A stretch of DNA of 63,942 nucleotides, filler included, from Octopus bimaculoides (Eukaryota): NCBI RefSeq assembly GCF_001194135.2. It is 9 parts of 8 records of this genome, joined end to end, with 100 filler letters (N's around TTAATTAATTAA, not from the genome) between each part and the next. Parts side by side here need not be neighbours in the genome. Positions count along the whole stretch, not along the records: positions 7,676 to 24,950 come from NC_068981.1; positions 25,051 to 31,135 come from NC_068995.1; 7 more parts are not named here. The stretch is one strand, 5' to 3'. Of the stretch, positions 12,344 to 25,770 are shown in pieces; within the stretch, counting starts at the first letter, position 1, and every line of letters begins with the position of its first letter. The notes below the pieces were generated by a model that saw only the letters and a list, made by a program, of their open reading frames with translations, ran no database searches and had not been told where the DNA came from. Made by a program: the position numbers and the translations under genes.

Positions 12344-14109
12344 GCACACCATTTGTGTGGCCCGTCAGCCTCCTCCCCTCCATCTTCTGCTGCTTTACTC
12401 CCTTATCTTTCTTTTCCTTTTTTTTTTTTACTGTTTCTCTGTTTTTAAATGTTTAAAATGTCATAATGCGATCTGTTGTATAGCTAACTACATTAAACCA
12501 TTCCCATTCTCAGTTCGAATCCCACAAGAGGTTATCCTTGTTGTTCATCTTTCAGGGACTAATAAAATACATGCAAGAGAAAAATAAAAAAAGAAACCTT
12601 GCAGGAAATATTCCACCGATTTCATTCTTCATCATTGCTGCATTTAAGATACTTTTCACACACATATAATTTCATAATATAAACTATATTGTCCTTGTAT
12701 ACAAATCATATAGAGTTACTTATGTGTCATTAATCATACTCTATTTTTAATTGGATTAACTATTTTTCATGGTAATAAAATGAAACGGTACTCTTTTCAG
12801 TGACTTTTATTCCTGGCCGAAGTTATGGCATTTTTTTTTTTTTTTTTTTTTGTGCAAAGTAACTTTTTTCACTGGTAAGGACAAATACCTGTAATATAGT
12901 AGAATTGATTACAAGATGACGACAACCTTCGAGAAAAGGAGGACTGGTCTTCAGCCAACGTCAGAATTCAGCAGCAGCAGCAACACCAGCAACAGCCACA
13001 ACAACAACAGCAGCAGCAACATCGAAGGCAGTAACAGTAATAGCAGTAGTAACTGTTGTCGTTGTTGTCATCGTCGTCATCATTGTTGTTGCTGTTATTG
13101 TTGTGCTAACTGACTTCATTTCGAAATTCTTTTACAGTGCTGTATATAAAAAGGAAAACACAATTAATTATAAACAGCAGAATCGAGAAGTTGACATCAA
13201 CGTCTAACTATGTGTGAATGATAACTATCAGATGTCACGTTTAGATTTCATCAGATATTTCTGTCAGCATAATGAAAATTAGCTGCTCGTTAGACATTTA
13301 AAAAAATATTTCGTTGATTGACGCATGCTTCACTTTGCAGAGTCGAGAAATTCTTTCAAACTCGCTATAAAACACAATGACGCAGTGACATAGTAGTATC
13401 TACACATTTTCATTTTCTAGTTTTCTTTACTCTTTTTCCAGAATTAACTATCTGCTTCAATGAAATCAGGCAAATTAAAAAAAAAAAAGCTGACAGAATT
13501 TTATGCTTATTACTTAATTATGATATCAAAAGAAATAGATTTATAAATTTGACGTCAAAACTTTATCAAAATTCCTTGCAAATTTCAAATCTATGCTTAG
13601 CGTTGCGAAACATTTTGAAGCACGTCAGGAATTATCACCTGCACTGCTTGCTGAATGCGTTCAGCTAAACTATTGTTCCATTCTGGGGGTGGAGGTAGAG
13701 AAAATAATTGCAGCAAAATTGAAAAGAAGCTGTCGTGGGCAGATAAGCAGGATTAAACAAGAATGGAAATAAAATTATTAAAAAATTATAAAACTTATAA
13801 AATTATAAACAAAATTAAAAATTTATACACTTTTAACATATATTAAACATGATAAACATAAAAGTGAGTTGTTGTTTTTTTAATTGACTGATTTAATTGA
13901 AATAGATAGTTAATTCTGGGACATTATGAAGTTGGGTAATTCATTTTCATATTTTAAAGCTGTTATTTAGAAATGCATTTTTTTATACTCCAATACGTTT
14001 TCTTATATTTAGTTAATAAAGAAAAGTTATTTAATCTAAGAATTTAGCTATAGTAATTGTTCAGTTTTGAAGACCAGAGGTCTAAGTATTCAGTTTATTC
14101 CTGTGTCAA

Positions 14110-14644
14110 ACAAAGGCGGCTTGAACAAAGGGTCATATTGTGTGTTTGCCTGAATTACGAGGGGAGTATTGCACTTTGAGCGTGTCCCAGATGGTCTTGC
14201 TGTAAACACTGACCTTTATGCTGAACAATTGCAGCAAATATACGATGTTTTGAAAGCACGCTACTCTGGCATTTGGCCAATTCAAGACGCGCAATGCCCC
14301 AAACACACACTGCCATGTGGAACCTGAGGGATTGGAAGTACTGCCTCTCCCTTATTACAGTCCAGAACTTGCAGCATCAGATTACTACCGTTTCCAAGTC
14401 ATGGTTCATTTCTCCCGCGGACAGACGTTCAACTATGTGGATGACATTGAAAACGGATGCAGGAAGCTTTTGCCTCTAATCCAAACAAATGGTACAAACG
14501 TGGAACCGAGCTTCTGGCAAAATGATGGCAACAGACAATAGAATATGATGGAATATATTTTGAGTATAAACGCTTTCCGTGTGTAATTTGCTTGAACTAC
14601 CAATTAAAGCTTGAAATACGAAAAAAACGTTTGACTCATCCTGG
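14110..14644 (+). mobile_element. Mariner transposase C-terminal relic with right TIR
   Basis: YYSPELAASDYY resembles PYSPDLAPSDY; ends TTTGACTCATCCTGG followed by TA. Confidence 0.85.
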
Positions 14645-14968
14645 TATATAGTTAAATATGGTATATATACGGTTCTTTTAATTTAACGATGTTTCAATTG
14701 CGTGCGACAAGGTTTTATTCAGCTTGGCATCTTTCCGCAATGTCAGTGAATATATTATTCCCAGTTTACTACATATTGAAGGAGAGAGATTGCGTTTAAC
14801 CGTATGACTAGCGTGTACATGTTATTGACAAAGCTCAAGGAAGCTGAAAGGTGCCCGACGTTCTCACTGCTGGAGACGATGTTCCTCTTGCTCTAATATT
14901 TGCTGTGTTCTTAACACAGCATGTCTTTGAAGAGATTCTCACTCAGACACATCATACATATCAACCGC

Positions 14969-15007
<39 letters not shown>

Positions 15008-15441
15008 TACTTGTATGGGGAGTGGTGTTGAGTATGATACATAAACAGCTCTGTTAATTTAATGTTGTTTTAAATGCGTATACCAAGATTTTATAGTTAA
15101 AATATAAGCAGTGTTGGAAGAACGTCTACAAGTCTTTACCGATAACGATCTTTGTGAGCTTCTTCATAATATGCTTTGTTTCACAAATACGCCGTGAACA
15201 TCAAGCAACTTTAGATACAGCGTTCTCCACTGAAGCAGAAGCTGACGATGATGAACAACATGACAAAAAACAGACCTCCTCTCATTCCCAGTAACTCCTA
15301 ATGCACCACCTCCCTTCAAAGAGCAATCACGGTGAAGACTACCCTTCTTCAATATTACTACGATATCCTTATGTATTTTAGTGTTTTGCTCTTAAAATGG
15401 TTTATTTTTATTTTTACATAGTATATGTGTATGCGTTTAAA

Positions 15442-15819
15442 GTGGAGGTGCAATAGCCAACTGTTAGAGCAGCGGACTCGCGGTCATTGGATCGCGGTTT
15501 CGATTCCCAAACCGGGCGTTGTGAGTGTTTATTGAGCGAAAACACCTAAAGCTCCACGAGGTTCCGGCATGGGATGGTGGCGAACCCTACTGTACTCTTT
15601 CACCACAACTTTCTCTCACTCTTACTTCCTGTTTCTGTTGTGCCTGTAATTCAAAGGGTCAGCCTTGTCACACTGTGTCACGCTGAATATCCCCGAGAAC
15701 TACGTTAAGGGTACACGTGTCTGTGGAGTGCTAAGCCACTTGCACGTTAATTTCACGAGCAGGCTGTTCCGTTGATCGGATCGGATCAACTGGAACCCTC
15801 GGCGTCGTGCCAACAAAAA
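15442..15819 (+). mobile_element. Full-length tRNA-derived SINE family C with 13-bp TSD
   Basis: TSD GTATGCGTTTAAA at 15429-15441 and 15820-15832; B-box-like GGTTTCGATTCCC; 3' half shared with 40450-40765. Confidence 0.9.
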
Positions 15820-17465
15820 GTATGCGTTTAAAATATATCTGAGAAAAAATTCTATTGGAAGGCATCTAAAGAACCTTTCTTTAAAACATGGAAATAAGTA
15901 TAAGTGCTTCTCATTACAATGTTTTCATTTACGCTGGATTCCGTAACGCGCAGTGGTTGCTTAAGCTGCTGTTCTCTAATTTGGAAGTCTAAGTCTTTAG
16001 CAATAATTTCGCTATATGTTCCTTTTCAGTGAATGAAGAATCTAATCCATTGAAAAAATCTTTGTAACGAACCAGATGGTATCAGTTCATTGTGCATGGA
16101 GTCCTTATTGAATTAAGTTTTTTTTCACATATACAGGGCACATTTCCTATATACGCATGTGCGTATGTGAGAGTGAGTTATGAGTATATGTGTGTGTGCG
16201 TGCGTGTGAGTATTTGAAGATCATGTGTACAATATCATTTATCATGTATTTGTGTGAATGTTAAGATGCCATTTCAGTAATATTAGTGTGACTTTTTCTT
16301 AATTCAATGTATTATCATAATACATTTCTCTACACGCAACCAATATTCTCACACTAGTCCTTATCCCACGCTCAGTTCTATTCCATCTGCATGGGATGTT
16401 ATACTTTTACTGCTCCTCTCTTCTCGTCAACACATATATAAATACTTTTTCTCTACTCCTTCACTCCCTCCATTTTTCTCGCCTCTCTATCTGTTTATCT
16501 ATTCCTAACCCTTCTTTCTGTCTCCCTATCAGACTATCTTTTATTTACTTATTTTTTTCCAGTTTTTTTTTTCCTTCTTGATTTTTATTTTATCAACTTT
16601 TTTTATCAGCAGACATCTTTGAACTTATCAGCACTGACGTTCAACTTCAGCTGAATATGTTCATCATAGTTTCTAAGGGCGATACAGTGGTATAAAAAAA
16701 ACTCTGGATTAATACTAAAATACTGATTAGTTTCCGTCTGTTATTTTGTCTATTTTCTGACATAATTACTTAGTAAAATATACTCCATCAGAATAAATCC
16801 TTTATTATCATCATGAACCTCAATATCATGACAGGGCGTCCATCATGATTGTCCATATGTATAGTAGCGAACGGAATAAACAAAAGTGAATCGCTTTCCT
16901 CTGTTTGTTTCTGTTTTGAGCTGCTGTGGTCCAACTTTGGGGATCATATCTAGTCTCCTCATGTTACGCTTATTTCAATCTGGATTCTTCGCACTACAAA
17001 TCAGATGAGATAACCAACTTTTCCCCATTTTTTAACACACCCAAGACAATGGAGAATGGATGCCACCAATTATGTGTGTATGAGAGAGGGGGGAGTGTGT
17101 GAGAGAGAGAGGGAGAGGGTTTGTGTGTGAGAGAGAGAGTGTGTGAGAGAGAGAGTGTGTGTGAGAGAGAGAGAGAGAGAGAGGTAGAGAGAGAGAGAGA
17201 GAATGTGTGTGTGTGTGTATGTATCTGTGTGTGCGCGCGCGCGCATTTATGTATGTATACATGTATGTGTGCATGCGTGTATGTCTGTATAGCAAGTTCA
17301 AAATTAAGACGAGAATAACAATTCTGAACACAGAGTGAATACAAAATGAATAAGTAGAGGTTTACAGAAACGTTGGTAGTTAAACAAAGAAGAAAGCCTG
17401 TATACATTCATATTACTGGCGAATAAATTTCCTTTTAAAAATTGTGATAACGATTCCTAATGTAT

Positions 17466-17697
17466 ACTCTTTTACTTGTTTCAGTCATTTGACCGCGGCC
17501 ATGCTGGAGTACCGCCTTTAGTCGAGAAAATCGAACCCCAGGACTTATTCTATCGGTCTCTTTTTGCCGAACCGCTAAGTTACGGGGAAATAAACACACC
17601 ACCTTCGGTTNNNNNNNNNNNNNNNNNNNNNNNNNNNNNNNNNNNNNNNNNNNNNNNNNNNNNNNNNNNNNNNNNNNNNNNNNNNNNNNNNNNNNNN

Positions 17698-17728
<31 letters not shown>

Positions 17729-17897
17729 CATATATACGACGGGCTTCTTCCAGTTTCCGTCTACCAAATCCACTCACAAGGCTTTGGTCGGCCCGAGGCT
17801 ACAGTAGAAGACACTTGCCCAAGGTGCCACGCAGTGGGACTGAACCCGAAATCATGTGGTTGGTAAGCAGCAACTACTTACCACACAGCCACTCCTG
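17466..17897 (-). mobile_element. SINE family A, full length with a gap in the internal microsatellite
   Basis: Both halves match the other copies. Confidence 0.9.
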
Positions 17898-18514
17898 CAC
17901 AAGTCTACAATTTTTAAGATAGAAAGGGAGGCAACAAGATATCACACATCTTTTTTCTGCCACGTTCTATTTTGTATGTTCCATTCAATATTATATTATA
18001 CGAGCTAATGCGGCATCAGAATCGTTAGAAGTCGATAAAAAAAAAAAAGCTTAGTGATATGTGTTACGGCACTTCACCATCTGCAGTCAATTCCAGCTGA
18101 GGTCAGCCTTACCTTTCACTCTATCAAGATGTATACGGGTACGATTTAGTTGACTTATTTTTACGCCACAAATCCAAGACCTTGTGCTTATGTGAATGAT
18201 TATGATATAAAATATATCAGGTTTGACATTTTCAGAAGCTTCAGATTGTAAGACAAAAAGGTTGCATTTTTAGTTACGGTAGTTACATTATGAGTTTAGA
18301 TACCACGGAAGACAATTTTATTTTTCATCGCCTGGATTCGCTAAAATAATATACTTGTGTGTTTCTCCTCATTAGAAGATTGAAGTTAGAAGATTGAACG
18401 GGTGTGTCGTGGGTGTGTCTTGTTTTTGTTTTAGGCATTTATTTCTTTATGTCTTATATATATATATTGCCTGGTTTCACATTACGATATTCAAATACAT
18501 GTAAGTACACGTTT

Positions 18515-18552
<38 letters not shown>

Positions 18553-18674
18553 TTCCACAGACACTCTCGGACTTGCATGTACGTATTATGTATGTAAACC
18601 CCGCCACAAAATTTGAGTTCCAGTGTCCACGTTAGAAATGAATATTACTAAGGATAATGATATTTTCTAATTTG

Positions 18675-18810
18675 AGCGCAAGGCCAGTAATTCTGAACAG
18701 AGTTTATTACATTTACATTAACCATAGTACTTGACTGGTACACTATCGACCCCGCAAGAATGAAAGACAAATTTGACCTTGGACAGATTTGAACTCAGAA
18801 CGTCGAAATT
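18675..18810 (-). mobile_element. SINE family B, diverged
   Basis: CAAGGCCAGTAATT...ATCGACCCCG...ATTTGAACTCAGAACG. Confidence 0.7.
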
Positions 18811-19591
18811 ATTATCAAAATGCTTAGTTCAGTTCATTTAGTTGCATCAGCACTTTGTACTTGTTGTAACGAGGATGATGTTATAATAACGTTATTGTTG
18901 ACGTTTCTCCATCATCCCTTACTGACGACAACAACGACGATGATGATGGCGCCTGTTGACGACAATGAGTATTCTCATACGACCAATGATCGTACTTATT
19001 GAATTATGGAGTGTGAGTAGTTGAGCATTACACGGACATTTGCAACTTTAAAACAACCGTCAGACAGACTGAAAATAAAGCGTTGCACGTAACACGTGTC
19101 ATATGTCAGAGCATTCCCTTTGAATGACTAGTATCGTCAGTATAGCGAACTAAAGTCTTTAGTAAGTGCTATCAGTTATATGAGCAGGACTATGACAGAA
19201 TGAAGCTGGCAGCGAATATATTTTAGGCACAGACTGAATACATGTTGTCGATAATTTAGTTGTATTCTACAACGTTCTATGTCCAAGTACAATTTAAACC
19301 AGCAATGGATGTTGAGATCGAAACGATTCACGGCTCACCTGCTGTTGTGTTTAATCAAAGGTAATCGAGAACAATGATTAATGATAAAATGATAAAAATC
19401 AACCACAAAAAGGAACAAATGGGACTACAAAAGTATTTGATAAGAAGATACTTGACCTCGTTGTTATAAGACTGATGTGCAAATAATCATATACATACAC
19501 TCACATACATACACATGCACATACACATATATGCATTACGTATGTATACATATGTATATGTATATACACAAATATATACATGCGTGTACAC

Positions 19592-19648
<57 letters not shown>

Positions 19649-19713
19649 CGTGTGTGTATGTGCGTGTAAGTATGCTTATATGTGTATGTGTGTGTGAGTA
19701 TGTGTGCGTTTAC

Positions 19714-19745
<32 letters not shown>

Positions 19746-20480
19746 ATAATATAAATTTACATCTATATATATATAGAGAGAGAGTGAGGTGAGAGAGTAG
19801 TATATGTATACACATGCACACATACATAAATATCTACATACATACAAGCACGCACACACACACGCACACACACTCACACACACGCACACACACACACACA
19901 CACACATCCTGTGAATACAGTTAGATGTACGACTACAATAATGTGACTTAAAGTTCTAGCTATATCATCATCTTCCAGTACAGTCGATTGATGATAATTA
20001 CACTAAGTAGTTCCACTAGTTATGATAAATAGAACATATACATAGTGTAAATTAATATAAACAACAGTATAAATATTTATTTGCTACATACGTTCCACCA
20101 TTGCAGTTCAGCGGAACTCATCATTGGATGTTTCAAGTGTATTTGGATTATCAGGGAAACTAGGATCCTGAAGTGTCCACATGATCATCCCTTGTAGTTA
20201 GGTGTCCAAATTCACTTGGAATATACAATGCCGAGGTTCAGTTAACTGCAATGATAAAATGTACGTAGNNNNNNNNNNNNNNNNNNNNNNNNNNNNNNNN
20301 NNNNNNNNNNNNNNNNNNNNNNNNNNNNNNNNNNNNNNNNNNNNNNNNNNNNNNNNNNNNNNNNNNNNAACCCAGAACCATGTGGTTGGTAAGCAAGCTA
20401 CTTACCATACAGCCATTCTTGCGCTTATGTATGTATGTATATAAATATAGTAAATAATTGATAGAGTTGATAGAGATAAC

Positions 20481-20722
20481 AGTGTACTGTGAGCATCATT
20501 TAGCATGACGATTGTTTCGGCTTACATCTGCACTGCTCCCTAGTGGGTAGAGGAACAATATAGTGGAATCGAATGCACCTACACTGCAGAAGAAACCACA
20601 TCAGGTTACATATGTAACCTGTGGGATGCATTCGATTCCATTATATCGTTCCCCATCCACTAGGGAGCAGTGAAGATATAGGCCGAAACGATCATCGTGG
20701 TAAATAAAGCTTACAGTAAACT
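20481..20722. repeat. Fold-back inverted repeat, arms about 100 bp
   Basis: 20481-20583 is the approximate reverse complement of 20620-20722; perfect 20-bp palindrome at 20602-20621. Confidence 0.9.
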
Positions 20723-20961
20723 CTGACTTCCTTATCAAACATTTAAAATATAGTAAACGTGAACCGAAGAATTCCTTACCAAAATCCTGCGACGAAAGCG
20801 CTGTACTGCAGATGAGGCCTGGTAGCCGTAAGTGGTCAATGTGCTCTCAAAGCACACTACTAGGAACATGCCCAAAGCATGGTTTGGATACTACATTTTT
20901 TCAAAGTCTCTTATCTAAACTATAATTTTAAATATAATTTATATATGCATACATGTATACG

Positions 20962-20997
<36 letters not shown>

Positions 20998-22477
20998 TAT
21001 ATANNNNNNNNNNNNNNNNNNNNNNNNNNNNNNNNNNNNNNNNNNNNNNNNNNNNNNNNNNNNNNNNNNNNNNNNNNNNNNNNNNNNNNNNNNNNNNNNN
21101 NNNNNNNNNNNNNNNNNNNNNNNNNNNNNNNNNNNNNNNNNNNNNNNNNNNNNNNNNNNNNNNNNNNNNNNNNNNNNNNNNNNNNNNNNNNNNNNNNNNN
21201 NNNNNNNNNNNNNNNNNNNNNNNNNNNNNNNNNNNNNNNNNNNNNNNNNNNNNNNNNNNNNNNNNNNNNNNNNNNNNNNNNNNNNNNNNNNNNNNNNNNN
21301 NNNNNNNNNNNNNNNNNNNNNNNNNNNNNNNNNNNNNNNNNNNNNNNNNNNNNNNNNNNNNNNNNNNNNNNNNNNNNNNNNNNNNNNNNNNNNNNNNNNN
21401 NNNNNNNNNNNNNNNNNNNNNNNNNNNNNNNNNNNNNNNNNNNNNNNNNNNNNNNNNNNNNNNNNNNNNNNNNNNNNNNNNNNNNNNNNNNNNNNNNNNN
21501 NNNNNNNNNNNNNNNNNNNNNNNNNNNNNNNNNNNNNNNNNNNNNNNNNNNNNNNNNNNNNNNNNNNNNNNNNNNNNNNNNNNNNNNNNNNNNNNNNNNN
21601 NNNNNNNNNNNNNAAACGTTTACATACATGTATTTGAATATTGTAATGTGAAACCAGGCGATATACATATATATATGAAATAAAGAAATAAATCCCTAAA
21701 ACAAAAACAAGACACACCCACGACACACCCATTCAATCTTCTAATGAGGAGAAACACACTTGTTCGGTTCTCAGATAGTTTGTCAACTTCTTCACCCTCT
21801 CGCTTTTAGAACTTGTCCTGCCATGCACAGAGAAACACACACGCACACACACACACAAACGCAAACAAGCAAACAAGCGAACAAACACAGACGCACATAC
21901 ACACTCACAGATACATACATACAGACATACATACATATGCATAGATACATATTCCAACACATGCACTCAAGCACATTGTCAAAAGGCACCCATACAGCCA
22001 CTCACCCACACTCTCCTCACAGCCACGAACATAACAGATTTCCATGAAAATGTCATTGTTTTTACTTTCTGCCACTGACATTATGTGTCTGGGTATATGT
22101 GTATGTATGTATGTATGAATGTATGTATGTATGTATGTATGTATGTATGTATGTATGTATGTATGTGTGTATGTATGTATGTATGTATGTATGTATGTAT
22201 GTGTGTATGCATTTATGTGTGCATGTGTGTATTTGTACTTGAGTGTACGCACGTCTGTGTGGTTGCATATAAATACATACACACACAGAGAGACACACAC
22301 ACGCACATACATATATACATACATATGTGTGTGTGTGTGTAATAATTATCTGGGTTATAACCTCATAACATGCATTTTAAAGCTCCTATGGGGTTATCGG
22401 CTACCATATGCCATCATTCAGCCTGATTATTCCATTTACTAGATATGTGGAAATCCGTTAGAGTATACTCTTACCCT

Positions 22478-22789
22478 CTTTTACTCTTACTTCTTTCACT
22501 CATTTGACTGCGGTCATGCTAGAGCACCGCCTTTAGTCGAGCAAATCGACCCCAGGACTTACTCTTTGTAAGCCTAGTACTTATTCTCTCGGTCTCTTCT
22601 ACCGAACCGCTAAGTTACGGGGACGCAAACACACCAGCATCGGTTGTCAAACGATGTTGAGGGAACAAACACAGACGCACAAACACACGCACACACGCAC
22701 ATATATACATATACATATACATGTTTACGACGGGTTTCTTTCAGTTTCCGTCTACCAAATCCACTCACAAGGCTTTGGTTGGCCCGAGG
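22478..22789 (-). mobile_element. SINE family A, 5'-truncated
   Basis: Matches the copies at 39.4 and 40.9 kb; ends abruptly at the Tigger junction. Confidence 0.9.
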
Positions 22790-23642
22790 AGAAAGCTTTA
22801 ATAATATGGATAGAAGAAAACAATGAAAAAAGGATACCAGTAGATGGTATTGCGATTTTACAAGAAGGTTAATGATGTGGAGTCATCAAGCTCGTTACAT
22901 CTGTCTAGTGATAAAGAGAAGAATGAATTTGCTGCAAGTACGGCATGGCTTACAAAATTCTTGAAAAGACACGCATTGCATAATACAAAAATGAGAGGTG
23001 AAATTTCATCGGCATATAAGGCTGCTGCTGAAGAATTTCTTCCAAAACTAGCCAAAATAATTGAAGAAGGCGGTTACATTTCGGAACAAGTTTTCAACGC
23101 AGATGAAACTGGTGTCTTTTGGTAAAAAACAGAACGTATATAGCAAAATCAGAGAAAAGTGCCAGTGGTCTTAAGGCAGCTAAGCACCGTGTAACTTTCT
23201 TGTTATGTCACTACGCCTCAGGAGATTGTTTGTTAAAACCGTTATTAATTAATTGATCAGCTCGTCGGGGTGCAATGAAAGGCGTAGTCTTAAGTAAATT
23301 ACCAGTTCATTGGAAAGTCAATAAAAAATCATTGATCACAGCAGAAATATTTACTAAATGGTTTAGCAACTGCTTCGTTCCTGAAGTAAGAAGATATATA
23401 GAAGATAAAGGTCTTGAGTTTAAAGTCCTTTTACTTATAAACAATGCACCCAGTCATCCAGATTTGGAACACCCGAATGTAAAAGTCGTATTTTGCCACC
23501 TAATACAACATCGCTGATTCAACCGCTTGATCAGGGTATAATTTCAACATTCAAATCATAATATATCCAACGAACATTTGAACATATTTTAGATGAACTA
23601 GAAAAAGATGGTACATTTTCAATCATTCAAGCATGGAAAACA
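22788..23642 (+). pseudogene. Tigger/pogo (CENP-B-like HTH plus DDE) transposase pseudogene
   Basis: EKALIIWIEE, F.AS..WL.KF..RH, QVFNADETGVFW, LLLINNAPSH and QPLDQGII motifs; stops and frameshifts. Confidence 0.92.
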
Positions 23643-24562
23643 TTGTTTGTTTTGCTAAAATAACTTGAAGCCTGGTCCGAAATATAGATGGTAAATGTTT
23701 TTATTTTTCATTCCTTTTCGAAATTATCCCTAATTTTGTATTGTAGAGCTTTGGCTGCTCTTTCTAGCGGGTCAGATGTCCTTTTATGGGCATCTCTAAT
23801 GTGTATTAAATGTACACTGTATTATATATATATATATATATNNNNNNNNNNNNNNNNNNNNNNNNNNNNNNNNNNNNNNNNNNNNNNNNNNNNNNNNNNN
23901 NNNNNNNNNNNNNNNNNNNNNNNNNNNNNNNNNNNNNNNNNNNNNNNNNNNNNNNNNNNNNNNNNNNNNNNNNNNNNNNNNNNNNNNNNNNNNNNNNNNN
24001 NNNNNNTATATATATATATATGTATATGTATACGCATATACATGTATATACATACATACATACATACATACATACATAGAAAACCTCGATAAACTACAAA
24101 TCTCACAGCATGTATAATCTTTACTAGAATTAGAATCACACTGAAGGTTACTCATGTAACATGACTGTATAGTGTAATATATACAAAACAAAACACCCGA
24201 CAAACTAAGAAACCAACAACACCCGAAACAAATTCAATCCTATATGAACCAAATTCTCAATGTATGTATAGATACATGTGTGCATGGCGTGCATTTTTGT
24301 TTCATCACGTATTTCTGTGTTTTTGTAATTTGTGTGTAATTAATGCCTATTTTAGAATTGAATAGGTCACTGGAAGCTAAAGTTTGACCCAAGTCACTGA
24401 TAGAAGGCTAAACATGCAACTCGAAGTAGGTTTAGTGTACAAGCTCTCAAACTTCTTCAGACATACGCTCTCACTATGTTTGGTCGTGTCGCCCAACTGC
24501 ACGTGAAGGAATATAAAGTAAAATCGTTAGAACAGACAACAGACACATATTTATCTGATATA

Positions 24563-24750
24563 TTTTACTTGTTACAATCATAGGACAGCAGCCATGCTAG
24601 GGCAACGCTTTGAAGGGCTTAGGCGAGTCAATCAACCCCATCCCCAGTACATGTTCTAACTTTGGCACTTATTCCAATGGACTCTTTGTCGAACCGCTAA
24701 GTTACGTGAGCATTCATCAAGCGGTGGTGGGGAACAAACACAAACGCAAT
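24563..24750 (-). mobile_element. SINE family A, diverged 3' half
   Basis: CAGCCATGCTAGGGCAACGC...GAACCGCTAAGTTACG...TCAAGCGGTGGTGGG. Confidence 0.7.
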
Positions 24751-24918
24751 GCATAAAGTACACACATTCTCACGCTCACGATCATATATATGTAGACGTA
24801 TGTGTGTGCGTGTGTTCGTATGTGTGTGTGTGTGTGTATATCTATATCTATATATATATATATACATGGGTATATATATCTATACATGTATACACACACA
24901 CACACACACATATATATG

Positions 24919-24950
<32 letters not shown>

Positions 24951-25050
24951 NNNNNNNNNNNNNNNNNNNNNNNNNNNNNNNNNNNNNNNNNNNNTTAATT
25001 AATTAANNNNNNNNNNNNNNNNNNNNNNNNNNNNNNNNNNNNNNNNNNNN

Positions 25051-25091
<41 letters not shown>

Positions 25092-25552
25092 GTGTGTGTG
25101 CGTGTGTGTGTGGGGGGGTGTATGTGTGTTTGTGTGTGTGTGTATGCTTGCGTATATATATACATATGCATATATATACATATATACACACACATATGCT
25201 TATATATATTTGTGTATATCTGTATATATATCTATAGGTCTTTATATTCACACAAGTTCTTTATACCAAAGAGGAGTAAAAGTAGTGGTGCAAAGTACAC
25301 TTTGTATTTATTCAGCTGATACCCTCTATCGCGGCTTCAAATTTCTGGAATGTTCGATCAACCAGGCGGCCATGGTAGTTAAGAATGAAACACGATCGTG
25401 ATTCCATTGTTCTATTCAGTTAACAGATGCCATATGAGTCACAAGTAAAAGGTGATAATCACAATTAGAAATAAGATTTTCGTTTAGGAAAACGTATTGT
25501 ATTTAAATTTATAGCGTCATTCGACTTTCGGTTTCAATATTAAACCAGTTTA

Positions 25553-25770
25553 AGGCGGTGAGCTGGCAGGATCGTTTGCACACCGCCCAAAATGCTTAGC
25601 GGAATTTCGTCCCTCTTTATGCTCTGAGTTCAGATTCCACCGAGCTTGACTTTGCCTTTCAAATTTCCGGGGTCGATGAAATAATTACCAGTTGAACTCA
25701 GGGGTCGATGTAATCGGTTTACTTTCTGCTCTGGAATTGCTGGCCTTGTGCCAATATGTGAAATTAGTAT
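25553..25770 (+). mobile_element. SINE family B, monomer
   Basis: AGGCGGTGAGCTGGCAG head, GAGTTCAGATTCC B-box-like, GACTTTGCCTTTC...GGGGTCGAT core. Confidence 0.9.

Noticed and set aside
15164-15352. 62-aa minus ORF or short plus frames as a host exon
   Set aside because: No recognisable motif or convincing splice pair
20808-20845. Hammerhead-like CAGATGAGGCC..AGCCGTAAG
   Set aside because: Both core strands are mutated and there is no stem I or III; could be chance
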